From Chrysomallon squamiferum (taxonomy: Eukaryota > Animalia > Mollusca), in assembly GCA_012295275.1 (NCBI GenBank), contig CM022674.1, positions 11,842,001 to 11,906,000 on the forward strand: a DNA stretch of 64,000 bases, written 5' to 3'. The notes below the pieces were generated by a model, which saw only the letters and a program-made list of their open reading frames with translations, had not been told where the DNA came from and ran no database searches. A program made the translations under genes and the position numbers. The number at the start of each line of letters is the position of its first letter. Position 1 is the first letter of the stretch. This document shows, piece by piece, positions 58,901-64,000 of the stretch.

Positions 58901-59350
58901 GTTAGATTCGTTATGTCTGTCTTGTGTTTGAGTATCGTCTTCCTTCAGTAAGAAGTTCGTCAGCTACTGATGCTGCACAGAGTCCATGTCTTGGCTTCAG
59001 TAAACTCTGGTCGTAAACGTTTTCTGCGTTCCACGGTGTCGCGAGGAAACTGTTCAGTGACACGAAAACTTTACAATTTTTTCTAACAGTTTCTCTGTTT
59101 TTCACTCTTTCGAATCTAGCAGTGACAGGTTTGTATGACAGGTTGTGGCCTAGTTCAGTTCGGTACTTTCCGTCCGAGACAGTGGTTACGATCAAATGCA
59201 AAAGTATTTCGTGTTTCATTTGTTCTTTAAGTACTTGCTCTGTATCATCGTCGTCTTTTTCTACAACAACACTACCAACAGTAACATTAACAACGTTATC
59301 AGAACAACAACATGAACAGTACAGCAGCAGTAGCAATAACAACAACAGCA
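55960..59350 (-). mobile_element. Decayed non-LTR retrotransposon (CR1/L2-group-like LINE): ORF1 remnant, AP endonuclease, reverse transcriptase, C-terminal domain
   Basis: 58868-58014 endonuclease (SGGICLAV, GVVYLPSE, DGEFKA, SVVDYAV, SDIHSPI); 57749-57426 RT (GIIKPIYKSGD..YRPIILLS..GKLF); 57178 GVRQG; 56638 GELGRYP; 56150 IPVETGRW..IGNEFH; ORF1-like KPVTARF..NRETVRK at ~59100. Many stops and frameshifts. Confidence 0.9.
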
Positions 59351-59649
59351 AAATAACATAATTTTGAACTGATTATTAAGAAATATTACAGGCGCACTTT
59401 CCAGGATAAAAACAAAGCTTAATAAAAAGAATTAAATACAAATGTAGTACACCTAAAAAATAAAAAAATCATGACGTTATCCAGTTCGAATATTTTCTCA
59501 CGTACTTTTCTTTCTAGGTTAGTGAGAGTCTATATTAATATGTGCCTGTATGTGTATGTATGTGTGTATGTCTGTGTATATGTGTGTATGTATGTGTGTG
59601 TATGTGTTTGTATATATATATATATATATAGATGTGTGTGTGTATATAT

Positions 59650-59683
<34 letters not shown>

Positions 59684-59960
59684 GTATATATATATACACA
59701 CAGACACACAAACATATATATAAGTTTATGTATGTGTGTGTGCTATATTAAATGAATATAAATATATATATGTACATATCTATATATCTATATAACCTAT
59801 ATATATATTTACACACACGCACACACACAAACATATATTCTGATATTCACAGAATGATTTATCGGAAATGATGACGTCACTAAGCTGTGTGAGTTCGCGG
59901 TTATCTTCCCTGTCTGTAGTTGAAACACAAGCACAGTAGACACACCCAGCTAACCGTCTC

Positions 59961-64000
<4,040 letters not shown>

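Overview
AT-rich, intron-containing eukaryotic DNA full of microsatellites; repeat content suggests an invertebrate, probably a gastropod mollusc (inference). Most ORFs in the supplied track are artefacts of simple repeats. Assembling exons by hand from GT-AG sites and phase reveals: (1) a tandem family of six + strand type-I membrane protein genes (called A-F here). The shared design is a 37-nt signal-peptide exon, one 4-Cys Ig domain split over two exons, a furin-type polybasic site, a Ser/Thr mucin stalk, a TM helix and a long acidic disordered tail built from phase-2 exon cassettes. B has no Ig domain, D has a frameshift, E is truncated before the TM, and A and F run off the window. (2) Two minus-strand secreted Gly/Met/Tyr-rich structural protein genes. 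(3) A candidate small secreted peptide-precursor gene built from tandemly duplicated 30-nt microexons, absent from the ORF track. (4) TE remnants (pogo/Tigger, THAP+SWIM ISL2EU-like, SINE, LINE), a 27-bp minisatellite and multi-kb CT tracts. All gene models are by-eye predictions without transcript or database support.
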